Assembly: GCA_016873845.1 (NCBI GenBank)
Contig: VGVX01000002.1
Span: forward strand, 73,444 to 137,443
Source of the DNA: Ignavibacteria bacterium
Lineage (GTDB): Bacteria > Bacteroidota > Ignavibacteria > Ch128b
DNA: 64,000 nt
Direction of reading: 5' to 3'
In this document: piece by piece, positions 49,701-61,400 of the stretch
Position numbering within the stretch: the first letter of the stretch is position 1
Layout: every line of letters begins with the position of its first letter
Notes under the pieces: model-generated
The model's input: the letters and a program-made list of their open reading frames with translations, nothing else
What the model was told of the DNA's origin: nothing
Databases searched by the model: none
Made by a program: the position numbers and the translations under genes

Positions 49701-51071
49701 ATGATCAAAACAGTTCTCTTCGTTTCCTTTTCAATCGCACTAAGCATTGGATACGCACAACAAACAGAGAAACTAACAATTGAGGAAGCAGTAAGTATTG
49801 CTCTTCAGAAGAATGTTTTATTACAACAATCAGTTAATAATCTTGAAACAAGTAAGAATCAAATAAGGGGAGCATTTGGTGCCTTTCTTCCTTCGTTATC
49901 TGCAAACAGCGGATTTTCGTGGTCACTGTCAGAAGATGAGGGCGGTTGGCTATCAGTAGGAGGAATTTCCATCCCAATTCCAAAGACATCAACGCAATCA
50001 AGAAGTTATTCTGCATCGGTAAGTTCAGGTTTAACATTATTCGATGGATTAGCCAATTTTGCATCCATCGGTCAGTCGAAGGTGAACTACGAATCAGACA
50101 AACATAAGCTTGAAAGATTGAAACAGGATATAGTATTTCAAACACAAACAAAATATTTCGGAGTTTTGAAAACATTGAGATTACTCGCAGTTCAAGAAGA
50201 AAATCTAAAATGGAATAAAAAAAGCCTAGAAACTATTACTGAGCGAAATCGCGTTGGGCAAGTTACATTAGCAGATGTTTATCAGCAGCAAGTAAATTAT
50301 GGTAACAGTGAGCTTCTATTGATTCAAGGACGAAATAATTATGAGAATGCAAAAAACGATTTGATTTCATTTTTAAGTCTTGATGTCACAAGGGATTTTA
50401 CACTCGTGGATGCAGATATTCTCGCAGCAATAGATACACTTGAATATAACAGACTGGAAAAAGATTATTCAAATTTCGAAAAGATCATAGAAACTGCATT
50501 TGAAAACCGTAGCGATTACCTCGCCAGGCAGTTAGATTTAAAAAGTTACGATTACGCAATAACGATCGCAAAAAGCGGGCATTACCCGCGTCTGAGCGGT
50601 TCATTGAGTGCGAGTACTCGGGCAAATTCTTTTTCGAGTTTTACATCATTCGATTCAAGAACGTACGGTGCAGGATTAAGCTTAAGTATTCCAATCTTCA
50701 ATGGATGGCTAACGTCAAATCGTGTTCAATTCGCAGAAGTAAATTATAAAAACGCTGAACTTGGAATCTCAGAACTTGAACGAACAATAAAGGTGAATCT
50801 AAAAAAAGCTTCCCTCGATTTATTAGCCGCAAAGAAAAAATTGGACGTAAACAACAAAAACGTTATCGCAGCCAAAGAAAATTTAAGGATTAATGAAGAA
50901 AAGTACAGTCTCGGTTCAGGAACCTTGTTAAACTTACTTATTGCAAATTCGCAATTCACGCAAGCACAAGGTGAACTTATTAACTCAACTTTTGATTATC
51001 TGCTGATAAAAAAACAAATGGAATATTATTTGGGTATTCTTGAGTACAAAACAACTGATAAAAAAGACTGA
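49701..51071 (+). CDS. TolC-family outer-membrane efflux protein
   Basis: Signal peptide. Two-repeat TolC/OprM architecture. GGAG RBS 6 nt before ATG 49701. The track starts at GTG 49689. Confidence 0.8.
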   Translation: MIKTVLFVSFSIALSIGYAQQTEKLTIEEAVSIALQKNVLLQQSVNNLETSKNQIRGAFGAFLPSLSANSGFSWSLSEDEGGWLSVGGISIPIPKTSTQSRSYSASVSSGLTLFDGLANFASIGQSKVNYESDKHKLERLKQDIVFQTQTKYFGVLKTLRLLAVQEENLKWNKKSLETITERNRVGQVTLADVYQQQVNYGNSELLLIQGRNNYENAKNDLISFLSLDVTRDFTLVDADILAAIDTLEYNRLEKDYSNFEKIIETAFENRSDYLARQLDLKSYDYAITIAKSGHYPRLSGSLSASTRANSFSSFTSFDSRTYGAGLSLSIPIFNGWLTSNRVQFAEVNYKNAELGISELERTIKVNLKKASLDLLAAKKKLDVNNKNVIAAKENLRINEEKYSLGSGTLLNLLIANSQFTQAQGELINSTFDYLLIKKQMEYYLGILEYKTTDKKD

Positions 51072-51115
51072 TTAGAAAAACTTAGAAGAGTTTAATATTA
51101 TTTTAGGAGAAATAA

Positions 51116-52411
51116 ATGGCAAACGGAAAAAAGAAGAATAAAAAGAAAATAATTGTTTTCTCAATTATTGGTGCACTAGTTCTGATAATTGCTGGACTAG
51201 TGATCTTTGGTGGAAACAAAGAAGATATAATTCTTGTCCAAACAGAGAAAGCATCGAAGAGAACCATTACTCAGGTCGTTAGTGCCACTGGAAAAATTCA
51301 GCCTGAATTTAAAGTCGTAATTACACCTGAAGTTTCTGGAGAAATTGTTGCACTCCCTGTTAAAGAAGGAGACCGAGTATTAAAAGGAACTCTGTTATTA
51401 AAAATAAAACAAGACACTTACTTAGCTCAGAGAGAACGAGTTTCAGCAAATTTGTCTTCTTCACGTGCGAATCTTTCAATTCAAAAAATTCAATTAAATA
51501 AGATCGAAGCTGATTACAATCGTACTCGAGAACTTTACTCAAAAGGGCTTTCAAGCGATGCTGAACTTGAAGCAATTCGCGCACAATTTGAAACTACAAA
51601 AGCTCAAGTTAATTCAGCTGAAGCATCTGTCCAACAGACAGAAGCTTCATTAAAGGAAGCAAGCGAACAACTCGCAAAAACAGCTATTCTTTCTCCAATG
51701 GATGGAATTGTAAGTCAACTTAATGTAAAAACAGGTGAGAGAGTTTTGGGAACTGGTTTCACTCAAGGTTCTAACTTAATGACCGTAGCAGATTTAAAGA
51801 AAATGGAAGTTGTTGTAGAAGTTGATGAAAACGACGTTGTGTTGATCTCTGTTGGCGATACTGCCAAGATTGATGTTGATGCCTATCAAGATAAAAAGTT
51901 TACTGGTGTAGTTTATGAAATCGGAAACACAGCAAAGGCAAAGGGACTTGGGACTCAGGAAGAAGTTGTAAACTTTGAAGTTAAAATTAGAATTTTGGAT
52001 TCTAATGTTGCACTCAAGCCAGGCATGTCAGCAAATGCAGATATTCAAACAGAAACTCGTGTGAATGTTGTGACTGTTCCAATACAAAGTGTTACCACTC
52101 GAATGCCAAAGCAGGATATTGCTAAAAAGAATGAGAGTCAACCATCAGAATCACCTGAAGGGACGAACAAATCTCAAAAGAAAAACGAAAAACCTTCTGA
52201 AGGTGTTTTTGTCATCCAGGATGGGAAGGCAAAATTCTTGAAAGTGAAAACTGGAATTAGTGATGATACTTTCATTGAAATTAACGATGGCTTGAAAGGT
52301 GATGAGGAAGTTGTATCTGGAAGCTATCGAGCGATTAGTCGGGAATTACAAGAAGATTCGAAAGTACGCGTCGACAATGCTCAAAAACGAAGAGGACAAA
52401 AAGAATCCTAA
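51116..52411 (+). CDS. Efflux periplasmic adaptor (HlyD/MacA/DevB-type membrane fusion protein)
   Basis: N-terminal TM anchor, coiled-coil hairpin, beta-barrel and MP domains. Confidence 0.85.
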   Translation: MANGKKKNKKKIIVFSIIGALVLIIAGLVIFGGNKEDIILVQTEKASKRTITQVVSATGKIQPEFKVVITPEVSGEIVALPVKEGDRVLKGTLLLKIKQDTYLAQRERVSANLSSSRANLSIQKIQLNKIEADYNRTRELYSKGLSSDAELEAIRAQFETTKAQVNSAEASVQQTEASLKEASEQLAKTAILSPMDGIVSQLNVKTGERVLGTGFTQGSNLMTVADLKKMEVVVEVDENDVVLISVGDTAKIDVDAYQDKKFTGVVYEIGNTAKAKGLGTQEEVVNFEVKIRILDSNVALKPGMSANADIQTETRVNVVTVPIQSVTTRMPKQDIAKKNESQPSESPEGTNKSQKKNEKPSEGVFVIQDGKAKFLKVKTGISDDTFIEINDGLKGDEEVVSGSYRAISRELQEDSKVRVDNAQKRRGQKES

Positions 52412-52427
52412 ATTTAAGGTAAACAAA

Positions 52428-53144
52428 ATGACTAATACTAACTCAGTAATTATTGAAATGGAACATATTGCCAAAACTTATGTGATGGGTATTGATGAAG
52501 TACATGCTCTCGCTGATGTTTCATTGACTGTAAATAAGAATGAGTACATTGCAATAATGGGCCCTTCTGGTTCAGGAAAATCGACCTTGATGAATATAAT
52601 AGGGTGCCTCGATACTCCTTCTTCTGGACTTTATCGATTTACTGGTGAAAATGTCAGCGAAATGAACGACAATGAGCTTGCAACTATTCGTAATAAACAA
52701 ATTGGATTTGTTTTTCAAACGTTCAATCTTTTACCACGATCGAATGCGTTGCATAATGTTGAACTTCCGCTAATCTATGCCGGTGTTCATTCATCTATAA
52801 GAAAAGAAAAAGCAAAGACTGCACTTGAAAATGTTGGGCTTTCTGATCGGATCCATCACAAGCCAAATGAACTTAGCGGCGGACAGAGACAAAGAGTTGC
52901 TGTTGCTCGAGCTCTAGTAAATGATCCATCAATTATTCTTGCAGACGAGCCGACCGGAAATCTTGATTCCAAAACCGGTGAAGAGATCATGCAGCTTTTC
53001 GAGGAACTTCATCAAAAGGGAAATACAATTATACTCGTTACCCACGAAGAATATATTGCCGAGCATGCAAATAGAATAATAAGATTACGTGATGGATTGA
53101 TTGAATCAGATGAATTTGTAAAGAAAAAAATTGGGAAGATATAA
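52428..53144 (+). CDS. ABC transporter ATP-binding protein (MacB/LolD/DevA type)
   Basis: [10 protein letters not shown] Walker [16 protein letters not shown] signature, [11 protein letters not shown] Walker B. ATG at 52428 immediately follows the adaptor gene. Confidence 0.9.
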   Translation: MTNTNSVIIEMEHIAKTYVMGIDEVHALADVSLTVNKNEYIAIMGPSGSGKSTLMNIIGCLDTPSSGLYRFTGENVSEMNDNELATIRNKQIGFVFQTFNLLPRSNALHNVELPLIYAGVHSSIRKEKAKTALENVGLSDRIHHKPNELSGGQRQRVAVARALVNDPSIILADEPTGNLDSKTGEEIMQLFEELHQKGNTIILVTHEEYIAEHANRIIRLRDGLIESDEFVKKKIGKI

Positions 53145-53149
53145 CTCAG

Positions 53150-54373
53150 ATGTTCACTCAATTCAAAGAAGGTCTTTTAATTTCGTTCCGAGCAATTAAA
53201 GCAAATAAAATTCGGTCAGTTCTAACTACTCTCGGTATCGTGATCGGAGTTTGTTCTGTTGTCTTGATGTCAACTGCAATAAAAGGTGTTGATAATTCTT
53301 TTGAGTCCGGGATCAGTTCACTTGGTTCTGATGTCTTGTACATTGATAAATTCGCTTGGTTCTCGAATCAAGATTGGTGGAAAATTCGGAATCGAAGAAA
53401 TATTAGTTTCGAAGATTATGAAAAATTCAAAGGACTTGTTAAACTTCCGCTCGCTGTCGCACCAACAGCTTTCTCCGTACGCACAGTTAAGTATCGTGAT
53501 AAAACTGCCGAATCGGTTTTTATTACCGGTTCAACTTCAGAATATCTAAGTACTACAAATTTTACTTTTAGTAATGGGCGGTTCTATTCTGAAGTAGAAA
53601 GCAATGCAGGCCGTGAGGTGGTTGTTCTTGGATCAGAAATCGCGGAAAATCTTTTTAATAATATTGATCCTCTTGGGATGCATGTAAAAATCGGTGGACA
53701 CTCATTTTTGATTATAGGTGTTTTAGAAAAGCAAGGAAGTTTTCTTTTAGGTTCATTCAATCCTGATAAACAAGCTTATATTCCAATCAAATCCTTATTT
53801 AAACATTTCGGATTGACTTGGCGGACTGTTACAATTAATGTACGCGCTAAAAGCCCGCAGCTTGTTGAGGAAACAAAGATTGAAGCCGAACAAGCAATGA
53901 GACAAGTTCGAAGACTCAAAGCATCAGACGAATCAGATTTCTCGATTAATCAACAAGAAGGATTAACACAAATTTATGAAAGTACTGTTGGCGTAATTCA
54001 GGTTGGCGGATTTTTTATTACCGGACTCGCACTTTTTGTAGGTGCAATTGGAATTATGAACATCATGTTCGTCTCGGTGAAAGAACGAACCAGAGAAATT
54101 GGAATTAGAAAAGCAATCGGTGCAAAGCGAAGAAATATTCTCCTTCAATTTTTGCTTGAGTCAGCAACGATTTGCTTAATAGGCGGAATAATTGGTCTAA
54201 TCATTGCTGTAATATTAAGCTATGTAGTTAACCAGTTTCTTCCGACTTCAGTTCAAGCTTCGGCAGTAATTCTTGCTATAATTATATCAATAATTACCGG
54301 TGTGCTTTCAGGTTTTGCACCGGCTTATACAGCTTCAAAACTCGATCCTGTAGATTCGTTGAGGTATGAATAG
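53150..54373 (+). CDS. ABC transporter permease, FtsX/MacB family (paralogue type A)
   Basis: MacB periplasmic domain plus FtsX TM bundle. KERTREIGIRKAIGAKRRNIL motif. Confidence 0.85.
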   Translation: MFTQFKEGLLISFRAIKANKIRSVLTTLGIVIGVCSVVLMSTAIKGVDNSFESGISSLGSDVLYIDKFAWFSNQDWWKIRNRRNISFEDYEKFKGLVKLPLAVAPTAFSVRTVKYRDKTAESVFITGSTSEYLSTTNFTFSNGRFYSEVESNAGREVVVLGSEIAENLFNNIDPLGMHVKIGGHSFLIIGVLEKQGSFLLGSFNPDKQAYIPIKSLFKHFGLTWRTVTINVRAKSPQLVEETKIEAEQAMRQVRRLKASDESDFSINQQEGLTQIYESTVGVIQVGGFFITGLALFVGAIGIMNIMFVSVKERTREIGIRKAIGAKRRNILLQFLLESATICLIGGIIGLIIAVILSYVVNQFLPTSVQASAVILAIIISIITGVLSGFAPAYTASKLDPVDSLRYE

Positions 54374-54431
54374 TGATCTTCGGGAAAAAAATCTGGTTTA
54401 ATACATTCACAGATCGATATGGGAAAGGTTC

Positions 54432-55682
54432 ATGAATATTTTAGAATTATTAAAAATCTCGATCTATTCTTTAAGAGTAAATAAACTTCGGGCACTGCTT
54501 ACGATTCTTGGAATCGTAGTGGGAATTTTTTCTATCATAGCAATTATGACTGTAGTTACGATAATGCAGGACAATATTGAAGGCGGGCTTTCACAACTTG
54601 GAACGAATACATTCCAGATTCAAAAACTGCCGGCCTTTCGGTCTGGCGATCCAGCAGAGCGAAAGAAATTTGAAAAAAGAAGAAATATAACTTTTGAGGA
54701 TTTCCAAAGATTAAATGAAATTTTGAAAGATGCGAAGTACGTTGCTGCAGAGAAATGGAAATTCCGTGTAATGGCGAAATATCAGAACAGAGAAACTAAT
54801 CCGAATCTTATGCTTACAGGAATTACTCCTGAAGCTATGCAGACAAATCAGTGGTTCGTTGATTATGGAAGAAATATAAATTCGAGTGATGTAGATTTTG
54901 CAACTGATATTATTCTCATAGGGAAAGACATTGTCGATAAACTTTTTCCGAATGTCAATCCCGTTGGAAACGTGATTAGAGTTGCCGGTCATCGTTATGA
55001 AGTGGCGGGTGTTCTCGAAAAACGTGGTGAAAGATTCGGTCAGAGCAGAGATAATTTCATGATCATTCCTATTACGACTTTCTTCAAACATTTTGGTGAT
55101 GTTGATCCTTGGACTGGAGTTGAGGGAAGTGTCAACATTACAGTTATGAGTACATCGAAGGAAACTTATGATGAAACTATCGATAAAGCTATTGGAGCTT
55201 TTCGAGTTGTTAGAAAATTATCGCCAGGCGAGGAAAATGATTTTGACATATTCTCCAACGAGTCTTTGATCTCACAGGTGAATGATGTGACCGACGGTGT
55301 AAAGATTGGTGTATTTGCAATTGCAGCAATCGCATTGCTCGCTGCAGGTATTGGAATTATGAATATTATGCTTGTATCTGTTACAGAAAGGACGAAGGAA
55401 ATTGGGATACGTAAATCTGTTGGTGCACGGAGGAGAGATATTTTAACTCAATTTCTTATCGAGGCAATAATCTTATGCCAGCTTGGAGGTCTGGTTGGTA
55501 TTTTACTAGGTGTCGGAGCTGGAAATCTTGCAAGCAGCTTCATCGGAGGTACGTTCACAATTCCAATTGTGTGGGTGACAATTGGTATATTACTTTGTGT
55601 CGCCGTAGGGATTACATTTGGAACATATCCTGCTTACAAAGCAGCAAACCTTGATCCGATCGAAGCTTTAAGGTACGAATAG
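54432..55682 (+). CDS. ABC transporter permease, FtsX/MacB family (paralogue type B)
   Basis: TERTKEIGIRKSVGARRRDIL. N-terminus LRVNKLRALLTILGIVVGIFSIIA. Confidence 0.85.
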   Translation: MNILELLKISIYSLRVNKLRALLTILGIVVGIFSIIAIMTVVTIMQDNIEGGLSQLGTNTFQIQKLPAFRSGDPAERKKFEKRRNITFEDFQRLNEILKDAKYVAAEKWKFRVMAKYQNRETNPNLMLTGITPEAMQTNQWFVDYGRNINSSDVDFATDIILIGKDIVDKLFPNVNPVGNVIRVAGHRYEVAGVLEKRGERFGQSRDNFMIIPITTFFKHFGDVDPWTGVEGSVNITVMSTSKETYDETIDKAIGAFRVVRKLSPGEENDFDIFSNESLISQVNDVTDGVKIGVFAIAAIALLAAGIGIMNIMLVSVTERTKEIGIRKSVGARRRDILTQFLIEAIILCQLGGLVGILLGVGAGNLASSFIGGTFTIPIVWVTIGILLCVAVGITFGTYPAYKAANLDPIEALRYE

Positions 55683-55687
55683 GTGTA

Positions 55688-56929
55688 GTGAAAAAATTTT
55701 ATCATTTTATTTTAGAAAATAAAGAGAGTTTTCTAATTTCAATCCAAGCTATTAGAGTTAATAAGATGCGTTCTGCATTAACAACTCTCGGAATTGTTAT
55801 TGGAATAGTTGCTGTCACTTTAATGAGTACTGCAATTGAAGGTTTGAATCGTGCTTTCATCAGTTCCATCTCAAGTTTTGGTACGGATGTTCTTTATGTC
55901 GACAAATTCCCATGGTTTCACGGAGACGATTGGTGGACTTACCGAAACCGCAAAGACATAAAAATTGAAGATGCAGATCTTTTGCGCGACCAAATGAAAA
56001 ATGCAATTGCAGTCGCTCCGAACATGCGAACGTTTGGACGTACGATTAAGTACAAAGAAAAATCTGTTATGTCTACCATAATCTATGGTACCACAACCGA
56101 CTATGCCCAAACAAATAATATCCTGCCTCAAGAAGGAAGATTCTTAACAACACTCGAGGATAGATCCGGAAGAGATGTCTGCTTGATTGGCGCAGATATT
56201 GCCCGCGAACTTTTTACAGGTGAAAATCCCTTAAATAAAATTATCAAAATCCAGGATCATCCATATAAGGTGATTGGAATTCTCGAAAAACAGGGGCAGA
56301 GTCTTTTTGGCGGTTTTTCTCTCGATGGACAGATCATTATGCCAATCACATCGTTTCAAAAAAATCTTGGGCAGAGACGAACTACACGCATTGATGTAAA
56401 AGTCCTTTCAATGGATAAACTTGAAGATGCGAAAGAAGAATTGCGCGGTATAATGCGGAAAATCCGGAAAGTTCCGCCTGGTAAAGAGGACGATTTTGCT
56501 ATCAATCAGCAGGAAGCATTCTTAAAAGCTTATAACGATACTGTCGGTGTAATTCAAATTGCTGGATTAGTGATTACATTCTTATCACTTTTTGTCGGTG
56601 CAATAGGAATTATGAATATTATGTTCGTATCAGTGAAAGAGAGAACAAAAGAAATAGGAATTCGAAAAGCCATTGGCGCGAAGCGTAGAACTGTTTTGGC
56701 TCAATTTCTCATTGAAGCAATTTTAATTTGTGTAATAGGAGGAATAATCGGACTGATGATTGCATTTCCATTATCTCTATTGGTGGATAAATTTTTACCA
56801 ACAGCAATGCCACTTGCGATTGTATTTTTGTCTTTAATTATTTCTGCTTTGGTTGGGATTGTTTCTGGAATTATTCCAGCCTGGCAGGCTTCAAAGCTCG
56901 ATCCAGTTGAGGCATTACGGTATGAGTGA
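55688..56929 (+). CDS. ABC transporter permease, FtsX/MacB family (paralogue type A')
   Basis: KERTKEIGIRKAIGAKRRTVL. Most similar to the 53150 gene. Confidence 0.85.
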   Translation: MKKFYHFILENKESFLISIQAIRVNKMRSALTTLGIVIGIVAVTLMSTAIEGLNRAFISSISSFGTDVLYVDKFPWFHGDDWWTYRNRKDIKIEDADLLRDQMKNAIAVAPNMRTFGRTIKYKEKSVMSTIIYGTTTDYAQTNNILPQEGRFLTTLEDRSGRDVCLIGADIARELFTGENPLNKIIKIQDHPYKVIGILEKQGQSLFGGFSLDGQIIMPITSFQKNLGQRRTTRIDVKVLSMDKLEDAKEELRGIMRKIRKVPPGKEDDFAINQQEAFLKAYNDTVGVIQIAGLVITFLSLFVGAIGIMNIMFVSVKERTKEIGIRKAIGAKRRTVLAQFLIEAILICVIGGIIGLMIAFPLSLLVDKFLPTAMPLAIVFLSLIISALVGIVSGIIPAWQASKLDPVEALRYE

Positions 56930-56955
56930 GCGATTGAGAATAGGGAATTTTTAAT

Positions 56956-58182
56956 ATGCAAATAAAAGAAAGTTTCAAAATGGCACTTTCGTCGATGCGG
57001 GCGAATAAGCTTCGTTCATCATTGACGTTGGTTGGAATTGTTATTGGATTGTTTTCTATCATCGTTGTTATGACATCAATTGGAGCGATTCAGAGCAGCA
57101 TCGAGACTTCACTAAATCTGCTTGGAACAAATACTTTTGTCGTGCAAAAATATCCTGCAATAAGAATGGGAATGCACAGCTGGCGTAAATACAGAAACCG
57201 TCAAGATATTACCGCTGATCAAGGATTAGAACTACAACGCCGGGCAAAACTTCCACTCGCTGTAGGAATGCTTCTCGAGCGCGGCGGCAGAACAGTTAAG
57301 TACAAAGACAACTCAACTAATCCAAATGTATCTGTGCAAGGAATTAATACTGATGCAATGCAAACACTTAACATTGTGATTGAGTTTGGCCGCGGTCTGA
57401 CAAATCAAGATATTGAATTCTCAAAAGATGTTTGCGTGATCGGAAATTATCTTATAGAAAAACTTTTTCCATTCAGCGATCCAATAGGTGAGACAATCAG
57501 AGTTGATGGACACAATTTTTTAGTTGTAGGTGTCTATGAAAAGCGCGGAGGTGCTTTAGGCAGCGGTCAGGATAATTTTGTCTCTATACCAATTACTGTG
57601 TTTCAACAAATTTATGGTAAAGATGCAGGCGGAGCAATTACTGTAACTGCAGCAAGCCGAGAATTATATCAGCATACTTTGGATGAAGTTGAAGGCATAT
57701 TACGAACAATCCGTAAAGTCCCGCCGCAAAAAGAAAATGATTTCGAAATTATTTCAAACGAATCAATGCTCACGCAAGTAAATGAAATTACAAAATATTT
57801 CAAGATCGGGGCAGCAGTTGTGGCGTTCATTGCACTTCTTGCAGCCGGTGTTGGAATAATGAACATTATGCTTGTTTCTGTGACAGAACGCACGAAGGAA
57901 ATTGGAATTAGAAAATCCATCGGTGCAACCAGGAAAAACATTTTATCTCAATTTCTAATGGAAGCAATTGTGATCTGTCAAGTCGGCGGTATCGTTGGAA
58001 TCGTTCTCGGTATAATTGGAGGAGCTGTGATTTCATCGTATTTAAAAATATCCGCTATCCTTCCTGTTGATTGGATAGTCATCGGTCTAGTTGTCTGTTC
58101 GTTTGTTGGAATATTGTTTGGAGTTTATCCCGCATATAAAGCCGCAAATCTCGATCCCATCGAAGCACTTAGATATGAATAA
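56956..58182 (+). CDS. ABC transporter permease, FtsX/MacB family (paralogue type B')
   Basis: TERTKEIGIRKSIGATRKNIL. Most similar to the 54432 gene. Confidence 0.85.
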   Translation: MQIKESFKMALSSMRANKLRSSLTLVGIVIGLFSIIVVMTSIGAIQSSIETSLNLLGTNTFVVQKYPAIRMGMHSWRKYRNRQDITADQGLELQRRAKLPLAVGMLLERGGRTVKYKDNSTNPNVSVQGINTDAMQTLNIVIEFGRGLTNQDIEFSKDVCVIGNYLIEKLFPFSDPIGETIRVDGHNFLVVGVYEKRGGALGSGQDNFVSIPITVFQQIYGKDAGGAITVTAASRELYQHTLDEVEGILRTIRKVPPQKENDFEIISNESMLTQVNEITKYFKIGAAVVAFIALLAAGVGIMNIMLVSVTERTKEIGIRKSIGATRKNILSQFLMEAIVICQVGGIVGIVLGIIGGAVISSYLKISAILPVDWIVIGLVVCSFVGILFGVYPAYKAANLDPIEALRYE

Positions 58183-58425
58183 TATTATCTTTGCTTAGCG
58201 AAATATTTTTTTACTAAGTCGTAAATTTGAAATCTTATCTGCCATAAGCAGTGTAATCATTGGAATTCAGGACATATTATTTCGCACACTAGTTGATTAC
58301 AATTTATTTTTGTGTCTTCGTGGCAACTATTTTCTGTTGATTAGGAAGATACTTCTGCCACCAAGATTCTAAGGAATTCAACTAAATTATTTTAAACTTA
58401 TTTTATTGAATTAGTTTCATTAAAA

Positions 58426-61400
58426 TTGGCGCGAGACTACATTAAATATCTATTTTTCATTTTGTTCATGATGTTTGTTCATCCTGCAGCGGAAGCAAAA
58501 TCTTCTTCAGCATTCGAAACAAAATCTGACACGATTTATTTCAAGAATCAAAAAGAATTTTTAATTGATTCGGTATTTTTTATCGAATCGATTATTTCTG
58601 TCTCGTTAAATGGGAAATCATTATCTAATAAGGAATTTGATTTTTATCCACAGACTCAGCAATTAAAATTAAATATTCAAGCGGATTCTTCGGTTGAAAA
58701 CATTTTAATCGTGACTTATCGAATTTTAAATCTAAGAAAGGATGTTATTCACTTTAAAAATATTCTCATCGTTAAAAAAGATACTTCAGTAAAGGGTGAG
58801 ATTAAAACTATTGAAACAAAATCCAGACCACTCTCACCTTCAGATTTATTCGGTTCGCGACTTCAAAAAAGCGGAACATTAGCAAGAGGATTTACTGTCG
58901 GAAGCAATAAAGATTTGTCACTGAACTCCGGTTTGCGATTGCAGCTTGCTGGCAAACTGAGTGATGATATTGAAATTGTTGCAGCATTGACTGATGAGAA
59001 TTCTCCTATTCAGCCAGAGGGTAACACTCAGACAATTCAAGAATTGGATAAGGTTTTTATTGAATTGCGTCATAAAAATATTCAAGGGACGTTCGGTGAT
59101 TTTCAAATTGAAAAAAGAATTGGTGAGTTTGGAGTAATAAATAGAAAACTTCAAGGATTGCGATCAGAGTTTTTACTTGGTGGCGAACTTGGCGGAAGTG
59201 TATCTTTTGCTTCGTCTAGAGGAAAATTTAACAGTCAAACAATTCTCGGTTTAGATGGTGTCCAAGGACCATACCGTCTTAACGGAATAAATGGAGAAAG
59301 AGAAATAATTGTATTGGCAGGTACAGAAAAAGTTTTTATTAATGGTGAACAGCTTGCTCGCGGCGAAAATTATGATTACACAGTTGATTACAGTACCGGT
59401 GAGCTATTTTTCACACCGAAAAAAATTATCACATCGGCAAGCCGCATCTCCGTTGATTTTGAATATTCTGACAGAAAATATGAAAGAAGCTTCTTCGGTT
59501 CCACAATTACTTCAAGCATTCTGAAGGGAAATTTACAAATAGCAGCAAGTTATTTTCGTGAAGGAGATGATCAAAATGCACCAATAGATATAATTCTGTC
59601 TGAAAGTGATAAAAATATTTTGGAATTAAGCGGAAGTGATCGGCTCAGAGCTTCAAAATCTGGAGTTAAATTTGTCGGCTATGACTCGCTCGGTCAGCCA
59701 CAAGGTTTATATGTTGAAAAAGATACTGTAATTAATTCACAGTCAGTTAAAATATATTTTTATTCTCCCGGCGATGTTCAAGCTCTGTATAATGTAAGCT
59801 TTTCGTTTGTAGGAATTGGAAAGGGGGATTATATAAAAACTGGGATTGGACAATTTAAGTTTGTTGGAATTGGAAGTGGTTCGTATTTACCTATAGCACT
59901 TCTTCCGCTGCCGGAATTAAGTCAAGTTGGCAATATTTTTCTTTCAACAAGGATATTCGAAAGATTTTATACGGATTTAGAATTGTCAGTTTCTTCTAAA
60001 GATCAAAATCGTTTTTCTTCGATTGACGATCAGAATAATCTTGGCAAAGCATATAGATTTAAAATTGGATTTGACTCACTTGGAATAAATCTGTTTAACG
60101 AATTAATTGGTTCAGCCGGACTTTCATACTATGAAAGGTTCACAGAAAAAACCTATAATTCGATCAATCGGATTTTTGAAGTTGAATATAACAGAAATTG
60201 GAATTTGGAACCTTCTGCTTCAGTTGAAGATGAACGTTTGAGAGAAATCAGTGTGAATTTTAATCGTGAAAGATTTTTATTCAATTCATCATTGGGATTC
60301 TTAAGAAGGGGAAATAAATTTGCCACGGATCGAGCTGTTATGAATTTTTATCTTGAACCTATCGAGAAGCTAAAAGCAAATTATTCTTTCACCCATACTT
60401 CTACGAAGACTGAATCCCTTAATTCTATTTGGCAAAGACATTTTGGAATAATCAATTACGATTACGATGGGATTATTCCTGAAGTTCGTATCGAAGCAGA
60501 AAATAAAAATGATAGAATTAATAACGCTGATTCGGTCTCTTTTGGAAGTTTTAGATTTGTGGATGTCATATCACGGTTGACAATACAGAAAATAAGTTGG
60601 CTCTCGATTTCGGGCGAATATAACTTTAGGAATGATTACCTCCCTTTGGGTGGAAAGTTAATTAGAGAATCGAGATCAGATATATTCCAGATAAACATTT
60701 TCACTAAACAGTTGAGAAATTTGAGTTCTAATCTTGCTGTAGCATTCAGACAAAAGAAATTCTCTGATGAATTTAAATCAAAAGGTTTTCTCGACAACAA
60801 TTCGCTTGTAGTAAAATATTTAGGTAAAGCAAGTTTATTTGACCGCTTTGCTGGACTTGAACTATATTATGAAACTTCATCTCAACGATCCGCCAAACTT
60901 GAAAAAGTTTTTCTTAGAGTTTCAAAAGGAACGGGAAATTATATCTACAAAGGGGACTTAAATAGCAATGGTGTCGCGGATGAATTCGAATTTGAACCTA
61001 CCAAGTTTGATGGCGATTTTATTCTTACAACATTTCCGACAGATGAGTTATTCCCTGTAACTGATGTAAAAGCAAGTTCACGTATCAAATTTGAATTTGA
61101 AAATTTACAATTCTCTGGTTTTTTATATGACTTTTTGAAACCACTAAGCACGGAAACATATCTACGAGTCGAAGAAAATAGTCGAGACGAAATTGCAAAG
61201 AATGTTTACCTGCTGAAATTGAGTACATTTAGAAATCCAAATACAACTATAAAAGGGAACAATCTGATTCAGCAGGATATTTATTTATTTCAAAACAGTT
61301 CTGAGTTCAATACATTGTTCAGATTTCTTGAGAGGCGCGCATTTAATAAGTACAATATCTCTGATGAGCGTAGATTTCAACAGGAAAAATCAATTCGAGT

